A stretch of 64,000 nt of DNA from Felis catus (Eukaryota). Positions 52,478-64,000 of this stretch are shown one piece after another (within the stretch, counting starts at the first letter, position 1; each line of letters opens with the position of its first letter). The stretch is taken from contig NC_058368.1 of the NCBI RefSeq assembly GCF_018350175.1, positions 194,124,001 through 194,188,000 on the forward strand, in the 5' to 3' direction. The position numbers were made by a program, and so were the translations under genes. Below the pieces are notes generated by a model. That model searched no databases. It was not told the origin of the DNA and saw only the letters and a program-made list of their open reading frames with translations.

Positions 52478-53309
52478 ACTTTAACTTCTTAAACATATGT
52501 TCAGGGTTTAGAAGTAACACAATCTTAATCTGAAATATTATAAATTCCTTAATTAAAACCAATTATACGTGATTAAAGTTTCTCCATAGCAACTGGGTCC
52601 AATCTTCACAAATGAAACAACAAGAAGTTTTTCTTATTTTGCATGTTTCATGACTGAGGACTCTAAAAGCAATTGATCTCATTTTAATCTTCACTGAATG
52701 TTGTATTAAAAAAAAACTTGCTAAAATTTTATCTGTTGCTTATCTAATGCTCAAGACTTTGACAAATAATAGAGTCGAAATCTCCTGGAGAAATCATGTC
52801 TTCAGCTGCTGTTCTCCTTTTCACTGACCATAATGTTCCTCCAACATTTTAAGATATTCCAGTTTAATTTCCATTTCAAAAATGCTCTCTGAGCTCTAGT
52901 TTAAGACCTTAATAACCTGACAATTCAGAGATTTAATTAGTGAGACCAAAGCTGCTTCATGTAAACTAGATATTCACAAGGATTAATTAACATGATCAGC
53001 CCTTCCAAATTAACTCAAACATCTACCTCAAAAAAATTATGAATTTTACAAGTTGTTGTTGTTGTTTTTCCCCCACTGTCTGGTGCACTTAGAGAGATGT
53101 TGGGAAGGAAAATTCACTGTATATATCCTTGGAATTTTATAGTGGTATTTGCCCAACCCTATCTAACATAAGATTTAGATCCAGCAAAAAAAAAAAAAAA
53201 AGTAAAAAGTCATTTTAACCAATATCTTCATGTAAGATATTAATCTACCTAGACTGTAATAAACTATTTCTAAGGTTTGAATAATTTAATTGTCGCCAAT
53301 TTTTAAGAG

Positions 53310-53490
53310 TTAGCATGTATTGACCAGTTTGTAGATATCAGTAATTCTGCTAAGAACGCTATATGCAAAATTCTATTTAATTTTTATAACATCACAATGA
53401 GATAAATAATATTTATCTCCATTTCACAGAAGAACAAATGGGGACTTAAAAAAAAAATAAGAAGCATTCCTAGGTTCCCATGGCTAGAAA
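53310..53490 (-). mobile_element. MIR relic
   Basis: atctccatttcacagaagaacaaatgggga. Confidence 0.55.
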
Positions 53491-54004
53491 GGGGAGGACC
53501 CATCTATTTGTCTTTGTATGTCACTGTTAACTATACATAATGCTGTGCCTATTGTTATAGGCACATCATTTCTGTAACATCTGGAGCAGCACAGTACTAA
53601 AAGAAAGAGCACTGTACTGAGATTTGTCCTAAGTGGGCCCCAAAGCTGATTATGAAACCAGCTGTAGATTCCTGGTCAAACCACTACCCTCTCCTAGCCT
53701 TGAAAACTTAGCTCTATTGTGAGGAATTGGATCAGGTAGTTCTTGCAGATGCCCCTAATTCAGTCTTAAAGTTCAGGAGGGGTTAGACAGTTAGGAAGCA
53801 AATTGCATAAACTAATTCATACTAGACTATGAATGACCATCCCCTGATGCTTCAGACACATTTGCATGTTCAGAGAACAAATACCAGAGGAACTAAAGGA
53901 CTCACTTTAATTTAGGCAACAAAAGACTTCAGGGGACCAGGAATTATGCCATCTCTTATTTCATCTATAGTCTCTGTCTTTCTTACTCTTCACCGGCCTT
54001 TTTA

Positions 54005-54064
54005 TTTATTTAAAAAAAAAATTTTTTTTTAATTTTTTTTTCAACGTTTATTTACTTTTGGGAC

Positions 54065-54096
<32 letters not shown>

Positions 54097-54263
54097 CATG
54101 AACGGGCGAGGGGCAGAGAGAGAGGGAGACACAGAATCTGAAACAGGCACCAGGCTCTGAGCTGTCAGTACAGAGTCCGACGCGGGGCTCCAACTCACGG
54201 ACCGCGAGATCATGACCTGAGCCGAAGTCAGACGCTTAACCGACTGAGCCATCCAGGCGCCCC
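54005..54263 (-). mobile_element. CanSINE
   Basis: TSD ttcac(c/t)ggccttttta at 53989-54004 / 54264-54279. Confidence 0.96.
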
Positions 54264-54789
54264 TTCACTGGCCTTTTTAATTTGTTCACTCTGTTTACCG
54301 TTCAACTAAATATTCTACCAACCATATGGTAAAATCCAGGAGATACATAAGATCATTTTAAAATATAAGAACCCAATATTAAAAACAAACCTAGTGAAGG
54401 AATGGGAGGGAAGATCTTTCTGTGAGTCCACATTGAGATAAATTTCAATAAACCTACTTATTGCCAATCACAGCATTACTCATTTCCTAGCACCTGTTTT
54501 CATCCCAATGTCTAAATGAAAGTAAAATGGTTAATTTTGTATTCTCCCCAAAATGAAGTCAATACAGTAGACATATTGTAGTATTTTTCAGCAGCATCAT
54601 GAGCAGACTAGAACACTTGGATAGAACGAACACTTGAAAAGTTGCGAATAACCTTCTTTCACAGTGGTACATACCTAATTCGCTGCTTTTTGTTTTCTAG
54701 GGTAAATTTGCCTCTTCAATTGTCTCTCGATTAAACCCCAATTTTAGCAGAATCAGTTGTACAGTAAGTGAAAGAGAAGTAATATACAT

Positions 54790-54925
54790 ACAGTATTTGA
54801 GAGTTTTGGCTTTGGCATGAGACAAATCTGGATTTAAAACTGCACTGTCCTCTACTAGCTGTGTGTCCTTGAGAAGTTTATTTAGTTTCCTTAAGGTTCA
54901 GTTCCCTTCTCTGTAAAATGATGGA
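54790..54925 (+). mobile_element. MIR relic
   Basis: ctactagctgtgtgtccttgagaagttta...cagttcccttctctgtaaaatg. Confidence 0.7.
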
Positions 54926-54935
54926 GGCAGGAGGG

Positions 54936-55330
54936 TGTTTAAAAAGCAAAATACAACTGAGTACATTTAAAAAATCTTATGGGCTTTATTCAATGATTCA
55001 TGAATCAGGCAGCATCCGCTCTAGCAGACAGAAAGGAGCTCCAATGAGCTGTACAAAATGGAAGATGTTTCCAGGCAGAAGGGAGCAGGAATAAGGAAAT
55101 CACACTAAGCGAAAAGAGTGAATTCATTATTGCAAGGTTAGTTTCCTTTAGGGGACGGCAGAGGGGTATATCAGGGGGATTACCTAATTCTGATCATACT
55201 ATTCCTGATTGACTGGTTCAACATAGTATTTCTGGAAAAACTAAAAGCACACATCACTAAATCTCAGTTTGGTGATACGGAGCTCATTAAAAGTAACTCC
55301 ATGTTGGGCCGGTTTTGGTTTCAGCCAATA
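54936..55330 (-). mobile_element. Probable ERV1-class LTR, family uncertain
   Basis: tgttt... start, ctttattcaatgattcatgaatcaggcagc (antisense poly(A) signal region) and actccatgttggg; the right end is unclear. Confidence 0.5.
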
Positions 55331-55734
55331 TCTAATTAATGTCAGTGGCACTTCATTGACTAAATTATGAGGGACAAGTAGGATTTTGCATTTAAAGCAG
55401 TCTGTGTTTAACACCAGTAACAATTGGGCGTTTTAAAGTTGGCTTTGGTGCTCTTTGAAGACGTTCAGTTTTGTTTCTTCCCTCACTAATGATTTATTTA
55501 AAAACGTTAACTCTAGAGCTTGATGTGTTAATTAATCTAAATATTTCCCCTCAAAGATCTGAAGGGCCAAGTGATATTTCTTCAAAATCACAAATGGCAA
55601 TTCCTAGACTAGATTTTACTTTATTTCCTTCCCAGATCAATGTTCAGCCTTCATTTTTACCCCCTCTAAGCATCCAAAAAATTTCCTCCAAAAATACAGT
55701 GTCGTTTGGTTACTTAGAAGTTAAATGTGTTAGT

Positions 55735-56220
55735 CCTGAAAGTAGAGCTAAGTTCAAATACGGGCTCATCCACCCGCTGACTATGTGACCACAGGGAAGT
55801 TGTTTTACCTCTCTGTGCCTCAGTTTCTTCTTTTGTAAAATAATGAATAAAATACATTAATAATAAGGTGGAATCTGTAGCCAAAACATTCATATGCTCT
55901 GGAGAGAAGCAGATGGTATACAGTTGTTATGACGACATCTGATGGAGGATGAACTGGCTGCTATGAGAGCAAGTGCATGACAGGTAGAAGAGTATCATTT
56001 TGAGAGCAAAGGTAGTTGATCCTAACTGCTGAAGTTGGAAGGCTGTCTCCTCCACTTACTGCCCTGTGTAACCTTGGCAAGGTACTTGAACTTTCTGTGC
56101 ATGAGTGTCCTCCCCTTTGAAATGGGAATCCTATCTACTGTGTGGAACTCATATGAGGATTAAGTAAGTCAAAGCACTGAGAACTGACGCTGCACTTAGC
56201 TATAAATAACAGCTATTATA
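55735..56220 (+). mobile_element. Two MIR relics (~55735-55860 and ~56000-56220)
   Basis: ctatgtgaccacagggaagttg...ctctgtgcctcagtttc and ctgtgtaaccttggcaaggtacttgaactttctg. Confidence 0.7.
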
Positions 56221-56289
56221 AATTGGAGTTTATTCATTCATTCATATGTCATCCTACTTAATAAAAAAGTTTATGCTACTTTTCCAAAG

Positions 56290-56869
56290 TACATGTAACA
56301 CCTCTGACTCAGACCTCTTGCCAAAGCCTCAAAAACTCTATAGCTATCCTCAAAAGCGGAGGGTGAGTTAACGTAGTTCATGATAGCACTTAGTATCTGT
56401 GGGATCCATTTCTTTCCTGCTTATTGCCAATGACCTAATTCAAGGTAGTATCATTTCTCACCAAATTACTGTCACAGCTTTCTCCTCATAGCCCAACATC
56501 CTCTCTAAAGACCCCAATCCTCCATGCCATATTTTTTATTTTTTTAAATCAAAATTTGACTATGTTCCTCCTTTGTCTAAAGCCATTCAGTGACTTAAAA
56601 TAAAATCTAAACTCCATAACAATACCGGCAAGCCCTTGCATCTGAGTTTCTGGCCTCGCATCTGCCTCTCTCCATCTTTCTCCTTTATGTCCAGCCACAG
56701 AGGACTGTTTGCCTCCTTCCATTCACTTTGGAATTTCACATACGCTGTTATTTTACCTTGGAAGCTCTTGTGCAAGTATCCCTACTTTAAGCCTTAGTCT
56801 TTGACTTTCATCTTACACACATACCATATCTTCACATTGGCCTTTCTCGACACCCCTCTTCCACTGTCA

Positions 56870-56909
<40 letters not shown>

Positions 56910-57270
56910 CAATGATTTTCAACTTCAGTGTCCAAAAATAGAATCTAAGGAGTTTGTTCAAAAATGTAGCTTTGCAAAGCCCATCCCCAGAGTATCTTGG
57001 GGTGAATACATTTTTTTTAAATTTTTACTAATAAAGATTCCCAGGGGTTACTGACCAGGTGGCTTTTAGACCATACTTTGAGAAGCCCTGGATGATGTTT
57101 TCTTCTCTCGCTACATTTGTTAACTTCTCCATGGAAACCATTGCTCTTTTGATTACTTGTTTTAAATCTGTAGTCCCCGCTAACGTGTGTGCTGTACTGC
57201 TAGGGCAGGGACCTGGTCTCTGTTGCTCAGCCGTAATCCATAGCAGAGTGGACACCCACGAAATATCTTT
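56290..57270 (+). mobile_element. L2 relic, interrupted by (CA)n at 56872-56906 and a MER5-like MITE at ~56908-57090
   Basis: aaaataaaatctaaactcc...caagcccttgcatctg and the 3' ctagggcagggacc are L2-like. The MITE ends gaccatactttgagaagccctg. Confidence 0.6.
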
Positions 57271-59899
57271 TAAATTGATAATTCCTTACTTTTGTAGAAC
57301 ATTTAATAACTTATGAAAAGCAGTACATGTAAATCATGAAATAGGGGCCTTGAGAATAGAGGTGTACCCACTGCATGGAGGCACCATGCTTGAAACCGTG
57401 GGAGGCCCCTGACTTTAGAAGGGTGGCTGCTCTGCTTGTTCAAGCTCCTTTATGTTACCTGCCTGCACACCGGTCTCTTCCTTCTCCTCCTTTGCATTCT
57501 CTGGTGACATCTAAGCCATAACTGAAGAGTGACATTCTTGCCACCTACCAGCAGCTCTCCTGATAAACTGCCAGAATAGAAAACATTAAGGACAAAATGC
57601 TGTCATCAGCAAAAATACAAGAAGCTCTTGGTGATCCAAGCACTTCATTGCAGCTCCGTGCTCTGAGGGGTCAGCCTTTAAGGGACACAGGGTAGTTGAT
57701 GAGAAAATTGAATCAGCACTCTCAAGGCTTCCTTTCTCTTTCCACAGAAACATTTAGCAAGGGGAGGACTGAGAAAGATACATAAAATCTTAAACCTGCC
57801 CCAGGTGACCAAGAAGCAGTGATTTTTCCCAGGTCATGCTGTCACATGATGTGATAGAAAATGTCAAAGATGACCTAAGTTAAAATCCTGAATCAACCAA
57901 AGTATATAGCAAGGGTTAGTCAGTGGAGAGTTAGAACTACCAAAAAATGAAATTTCCTGAGCCTGTCCCCACTGATTGTGATCCACTAGATCTTGGATCT
58001 ATTGTAGGTGGTCCTCAGACAACACCTTGAAATATTGGTGTTATGACTTGGACAACTTAGGTACTCTTTCTGAACGCTGTTTCCTCAACTGCAAAGTTCA
58101 TCCTGACCTACTTCACAGGGTTTCTTTAAGAGATTGTAAATTTTATGAAAGCCATAAAGTACTATAAATATATAGACATTATGTTGCTGGAATTATTGAG
58201 AATAGTGTTAATAATTATTTCCAGGAAATCTCTGAATTGTAATAGATGCTTTCTAAAGGTAACACATAATAAAGCAACCAAATAAATAGCTAGTAATGGG
58301 AATTTAAAGATCCCCTTAAATTATGAAGGACAGGACACATCTTGATTTTTGTTCGTCCCCAGTGCCCAACGTGGATTAGATGCTAAAAAATGCTGTTAAT
58401 TAGGAAAAGGAAATGCTGTGTCTCTGATAGCTGGCAGGTGACTTACTAGCCCCTCAACTGCCACATGAGGTTTGTTCACTTTCACTCTTATCCCCAGAAC
58501 TAGTCCTGAATATGCAAAGCATCAAAGACCTCCAGGAACACTGAGTTCACTGACTCTTTACTGAGCACCAACCTCCTGCTTTGCACGGTCCTGGGCCTCT
58601 GGGATCACATGTGCTCTGGACTTGTCTTCTGGAAACACAAAATAAAGCTACATTTTTGAGACACTGGAGGATTTCCTTAAAAACTGTTTCCTTGCAAATG
58701 CCTTGCTCCTTCAAAGCTAAGAGCTGTAGGATCCCTAGCTATACGGCAGAGATAACCTCCCCAAATCTTCTGAGGGTATCAATCTCCCTTCCCCAAAGTC
58801 ATCCTTTTATGCTTACCTATATTCTGGCACTTGATTAGTCGCAGCATAGACAAAAGTTCCCAAGCCTGCCTTGTGTTTACAAGGCAGCGTGCCAGGTAAA
58901 AACAGAGAAAGAACAGGTGGGCTGTTCCAGTCTACAGGGACAGAACTGGGAGACTTAGTGCAGCAAGGGTGGCTAAATTGCCATGGCAACAAGCAAGCTG
59001 ATCACTTAGACACCCACTCTATAGCCTATCACCCACTCTATAGCCACGGCCTTTATAGGACAAAAGGAACACTTGTCCCTCCTGAGGGCTTTGGTATTAA
59101 TGCAGTGGCCGCTTTCTTTACAAGGTGCCTAAATTTGTAGTCTATTAAGTTTTGTTTTTCTCTTCCAGGCTTTTCTGACATGCTAAGGAATCCCTTAAAC
59201 TGAAGAAAATTCTTTTGTAAGAAAGTATTTTCCTTTATAAACTCTATAGAACTACAGTTTATATTTATTAATTTGATACTGAATTTGAAACTAACTAGAA
59301 ATACAATTTATCCTGATGTTCTTACAATCTAGAAGGAAAATAAGACATGAGCAAAAAATACTGATTAGAAAAAAAAAGAAGGAATGTGCCCAGAAAGGTT
59401 CTTGTAGACTCTTTGCATTCATGGAGTTAATATTCATGATTTCAACAATTCAAAAGTTACTGCAGTGGCCCATGGCATGATGGAATTTGAGATTATTGAA
59501 TTCCCTGTGGCTTAAGATTGGTATGTGAAGATAAATCACATCACTGGTAAATGAACCAAGCTGCCTTCTCAATACCTTCACCTCATTGTGTCTTTGTTGC
59601 TTTCTATTCACTTACATTTTTATATAACAGCTCTCAGTAAGCATCTAAAGTATTGAAAAATATTTTAATCCTAGAATTCTGACTTTTATGTGGAAGGTGA
59701 TATGGTATTTTTGGCTCTTTCCAATATTAAAATATTGTAATGAGAAAGGATGGTAGAAATTTAAGAAAGGAAGAGGGCTTTATTTTTGGAAGACAAGGTG
59801 AATGTTTTGAGAGGTACTTTATGGAGTAAATGGCATTGAAAATGCCATTAAAGGGCTTGGACATATAACATGGTAAGGGAATAAGTTTTCCTAATGTGA

Positions 59900-61612
59900 G
59901 GAAGGACATAAAAATGTGAAGAGATTAAATCAACAATGAAAAACCAGTATACATCTATTAGAATGACTAAAATTTTAAAAAAATTAACATTTATTTTTGA
60001 GACAGAAAGAGAGTGTGAGCAGGAGAGGGCAGAGAGAGAGGGAGACACAGAATCCGAAGCAGGCTCCAGGCAGTGAATTTTCTGCACAGAGCCTGACACA
60101 GGGCTTGAACTCACCAGCCTGAGCTCACCAGCCGTGAGATCATGATGCTGAGCCGAAGTTGGACGCTTAACCAACTGAGCCACCCAGGCGCCCTAACATT
60201 TTTTAAAAATGCCTGATAAAGTATGAATGCTGATAAAGACCTAGAATAATGGGGACTCTCATTCATTGCTGGTGAGAATGCAAGATGTTATATCCACTTC
60301 TTTCAAAGCTGAATATGATCACAACCCTTGCTATTGAATACTTAAAACAGCTTTATTCATAATTACCAGTAAATGGAAGAAACCAAAATAACCTTCAGTA
60401 GGTGAATGGATAAACAAACCATGTTACATCCATACTATGGAATGATAAAAAGAGATGAGCTATGAAGCCACAAAAAGACAAGGAGGAACCTTAAATGCAT
60501 ATTTCTAAAAAAAGAAACCATATGAAAAGGACACATACTATATGATTCCAATCACAGGACATTCTAGATAAGGCAGAACTATAGAGATAGATCAGTGGCC
60601 GCTGAGGTTACAGGAGGATGTGGCAGAGTTGAATAGGTGAAACATGGGATTTTTAGGAGCAGTGAAAATGTTCTGTATGATACTATAATTGTGGATACAT
60701 GGCATTATGCATCTGTCAAAACCCATAGAATTTTACAGCATAAAAGAATGAACCATTAACGTATGTAAGTTTTAAAAAATCATTTAGGATATTCAGAGAT
60801 CCCAGGAAGGAAAGCAGACTTTGACAAGAGAAGCTACTCTTCTATAAATGCATGAAACGACCTCACTTAAGAAAATGTTGCAAAAAAGGCACTAACCTCA
60901 GTAACTTAGGAAATGAATTGAGTCTATAAGTCTAAAACCAAAAGAAACCACACATAACAACTGTACCCTAGTTGATCAAGTTGTGCCTGACTGGAGTTAT
61001 GGGTTAACAATTCTCATATTGTTATACACATAAACTGGAACTGAAGGATTAAGTAAATGGAGGGCAGATGATAGGAGCCAGGTTTATCATTGAAGGAGTG
61101 GGACTTTATAGATCAGCAAGGGGGAGGCTAGACTTATCCATGTGGTAATGGATTAGCGCTGGAGACATAGTTTGAACTAATATCTAGCTTAATACAAATA
61201 CATACCATCACACAGAGAAATGTTTGTAGAGCTATGTGTATTCACAGGTTAGTATATACACATATATTTCCTTGCTCTGTCACCTGAGAGCATCTAGAAG
61301 CAACAACACTCAAGTAGCAATGAGCATATCTAGCACCCAGATCTCCATTTCAAATACCATTCTCCAATAGAATTAATAGGGTTTCTTGGAGAAATAGTTG
61401 ATTTTAAGGACTGAGTTTGAAAATACACAAGATGAGCCTGGAGTGCTTTGTAATGCCAAAAAGTAAGAAAGTGTTCAAAGACTAAAAATGCAAATTGATT
61501 TAGGATGTATCAAAGGGACACAGAGTCAACTGAAAGAGCTTTCAATGGACAAAGTAGAATGAATTTGACCAAGAAAATACAGTATTAGGTTATAACCCCA
61601 AGTGAAAGAAAA
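59900..61612 (+). mobile_element. L1MC-type 3' end relic
   Basis: ctcattcattgctggtgagaatgcaa...ggcattatgcatctgtcaaaacccatagaa...gggttaacaattct. Confidence 0.75.
59983..60193 (-). mobile_element. CanSINE with an internal 14-bp duplication
   Basis: SINEC sequence; ga(a/g)ctcaccagcc is repeated at 60107 and 60121. Confidence 0.93.
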
Positions 61613-61614
61613 TA

Positions 61615-62127
61615 GAGGCATGCCTCAGTGATATTGCAGATTTAGTTATAGACCACTGCAATAAAGTGATTATTGCAATAAAGCAAATCACATGATTTTT
61701 TAGGTTTCCTAATGCATATAGAACTTATGTTACTACTATACTGTAGTCTATTAAATGTGCAAATATTTTGTATAAAGAAACAGTGTACATACATTAAAAC
61801 ACTTTATTGCTAAAAAAAAAAAAAAGCTAACCATCATCTGAGCTTTCAGTGAATCATAACCTGGTAGAGGGTCTTGCCTTGATGTTGATGGCTGCTGACT
61901 GATCAGGGTGATGGTTGTTCAAGGTTGGGGTGGCTCTGGCAATTTCTTAAAATAAGATAATAATTAAGCATGCTGGATTGATCTATACTTCCTTTCACAA
62001 ACAATTTCTCTGTAGTATGTGATGCTATTTAATAGCATTTTACCCACAGGAGGACTTCTTTTGAAATTGGAGTCAACCCTTTCAAACCCTGCCACTGCTT
62101 TATCAACTAAGTTGATATAATATTCTT
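61615..62127 (-). mobile_element. Tigger1 (Tc1/mariner-pogo) 3' end with TIR and transposase C-terminal remnant, truncated by an L1
   Basis: TA followed by (c/g)aggcatgcctcagtgatattgc...gaccactgcaataaag matches the Tigger1 terminus. The minus strand encodes [14 protein letters not shown]...LSYFKKLP...TLISQQPSTSRQDPLP. Confidence 0.88.
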
Positions 62128-64000
62128 ATTTATTTTATTTTTAAATTTTCATTCCAGTGAGTTAACCTACAGTGTTATATTAGCTTCAGGTGTACAATAT
62201 AGTGGTTCAACAATTCTGTATATCACTTAGTGCTCATCATGTAAGTGTATTCTTTAATCTCATTCATCTATTTCACTCATCTCCCCACCCCCCTCCTGTC
62301 TGGTAACTGTCAGTTTGTTCTCTAGAGTTAAGGGTGTATTTCTTTTTGGTTGTTTGTGTCAATTCTTTTTTCATTTGTTCATTTTGTTCATTAAATTCCA
62401 CATATGAGTGAGATCATATGGTATTTGTCTTTCTCTGACTTATTTTGCTTAACATTACACTCTCTAGCTGCATCTCTGTTGTTGCACATAGCAAGATTTC
62501 ATTAGTGTTATGGCCAAATGATATTCCATTGTACACACACACACACACACACACCTTCTTTATCCATTCATCTATGACTGGATACCTAGACTGCTTCCAT
62601 AGTTTGGCTGTTGTAAGTAATATTGCAATAAACATAGGGGTGCATATTTCCTTTTGAGTTAATGTTTTTGTATTCTTTGGGTAAATACCCAATAGTGCAA
62701 TTACTGGATCATAAGGTAGTTCTCTTTTTAATTTTTGAGGAAGCTCCATACTCTTTTCTACAATGGCTATACCCCTTTGCATTCCCACCAACAGTGCAAG
62801 AAGTTTCCTTTTTCTCCACAACTTCACCCGCACCTATTGTTTCTTGTATTTTTTATTTTGGTGATTCTGACAGGTATGAGATGATACCTCATTGTAAATT
62901 TGATTTACATTTCCCTGATGATGAATGATGTTGAGCATCTTTTCATGTATGTGTTGGTCACTTGGATGTCTTCTTTGGAGAAATGTCTGTTCATGTCTTC
63001 TGCCCATTTTGAATTATATTATTTTGTTTTTGGGTGTTGAGTTGTATAACAACTTCATGCATTTTAGATATTAACCCTTTATTAGATATGTCATTTGTAA
63101 ATATCTTCTCCCATTTCATGGGTTTCCTTTTAGTTTCACTGATTCTTTCATTGTGCAGAAATTTTTTATTTTGATGTAGTCCCAATAGTTTATTTTTGCT
63201 TTTATTCCTTTCCCTCAGGAGACATTATCTATAAAAGTGGTATTATAGTAGATATTAGATAAATCACTGCTTTTGCTCTCTTTTAGGACTTTTATGGTTT
63301 CTGATCTTATTTAGGTCTTTCATCCATTTTGAATTTATTTTTGTATATGGTGTAAGAAAGTGATCCAATTTCATTCTTTTGTGTGTAGCTATCCAGTTTT
63401 CCAAACACCATTTGTTACAGAGACTGTCTCTTTTCCATTGCATTCTTGCTTCTTCTGCCAAACTTTAATTGACCATATAATCATGAGTTTGTTTCTGAGC
63501 CTTCTGTTCTGTTCTGTTGATCTGTGTGTCTGTTTCGGTGCCAGTACCATACTGTTTTGATTACTACAGCTTTGTAGTATAACTTGAAATATGAAATTGT
63601 GATACCTCCAGCTTTGTTTCTCTTTTTTAATATTGCTTTGGCTATTCAATATTTTTTGTGGTTCCATAAAAATTTTAGGATTCTTTGTTCCAGTTCTGCA
63701 AAAAATGCTGTTGGTATTTTGATAGGGATTGCATTAAATCTGTAGATTGCTTTGGGTAATAGAGACATTTGAACAATATTTGTTCTTCCAACCAATGAAC
63801 ATGCAACATCTTTCCATTTGTTTGTGTCATCTTCAATTTCTTTCATCAGTGTTTTATAGTTTTCAGAGTACAGGTCTTTTACCGCCCCCCCCCCACACAC
63901 CCTAAGTTAAGTTTATTACTAGATATGTTATTATTTTTGGTGCATTTATAAATGGGATTTCTTTCTTGATTTTGCTTTCTGTTGTTTCATTATTAGTGTG
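62128..64000 (-). mobile_element. Carnivore L1 3' portion (ORF2 C-terminal half and 3'UTR), continuing past the window edge
   Basis: ORFs such as [24 protein letters not shown]...[17 protein letters not shown]-rich tail at ~62128-62145. Confidence 0.95.

Noticed and set aside
61860..62127. TIGD1-like domesticated transposase gene
   Set aside because: It is a short, stop-containing Tigger1 remnant with its TIR, cut by an L1.

Overview
This is repeat-dense mammalian genomic DNA, almost certainly from a felid: the SINEs are CanSINE/SINEC_Fc-type and the L1 3' ends are cat-type. It looks intronic or intergenic, and I can support no intact cellular gene. Every long ORF in the track is either an L1 ORF1/ORF2 remnant, a SINE read-through or a microsatellite artefact. 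The window holds: a young but inactivated L1 (1-4489); several older L1 layers, including a 5'-inverted copy, nested copies and an internally deleted copy that keeps a tandem-monomer 5' region; about 22 CanSINEs, most with target-site duplications (TSDs); solo LTRs (MER34-like, MER31/67-like, MLT1/MLT2); Tigger1 and MER5 DNA transposon relics; MIR/L2 relics; a 25-nt U6 retrocopy; and many STRs. I found no convincing new biological system. The most interesting signals are mechanistic footprints of retrotransposition and repair, plus two speculative chains of phase-compatible exon candidates. Repeat family names come from recalled consensus similarity and need Dfam/RepeatMasker confirmation. Boundaries of old elements are approximate.
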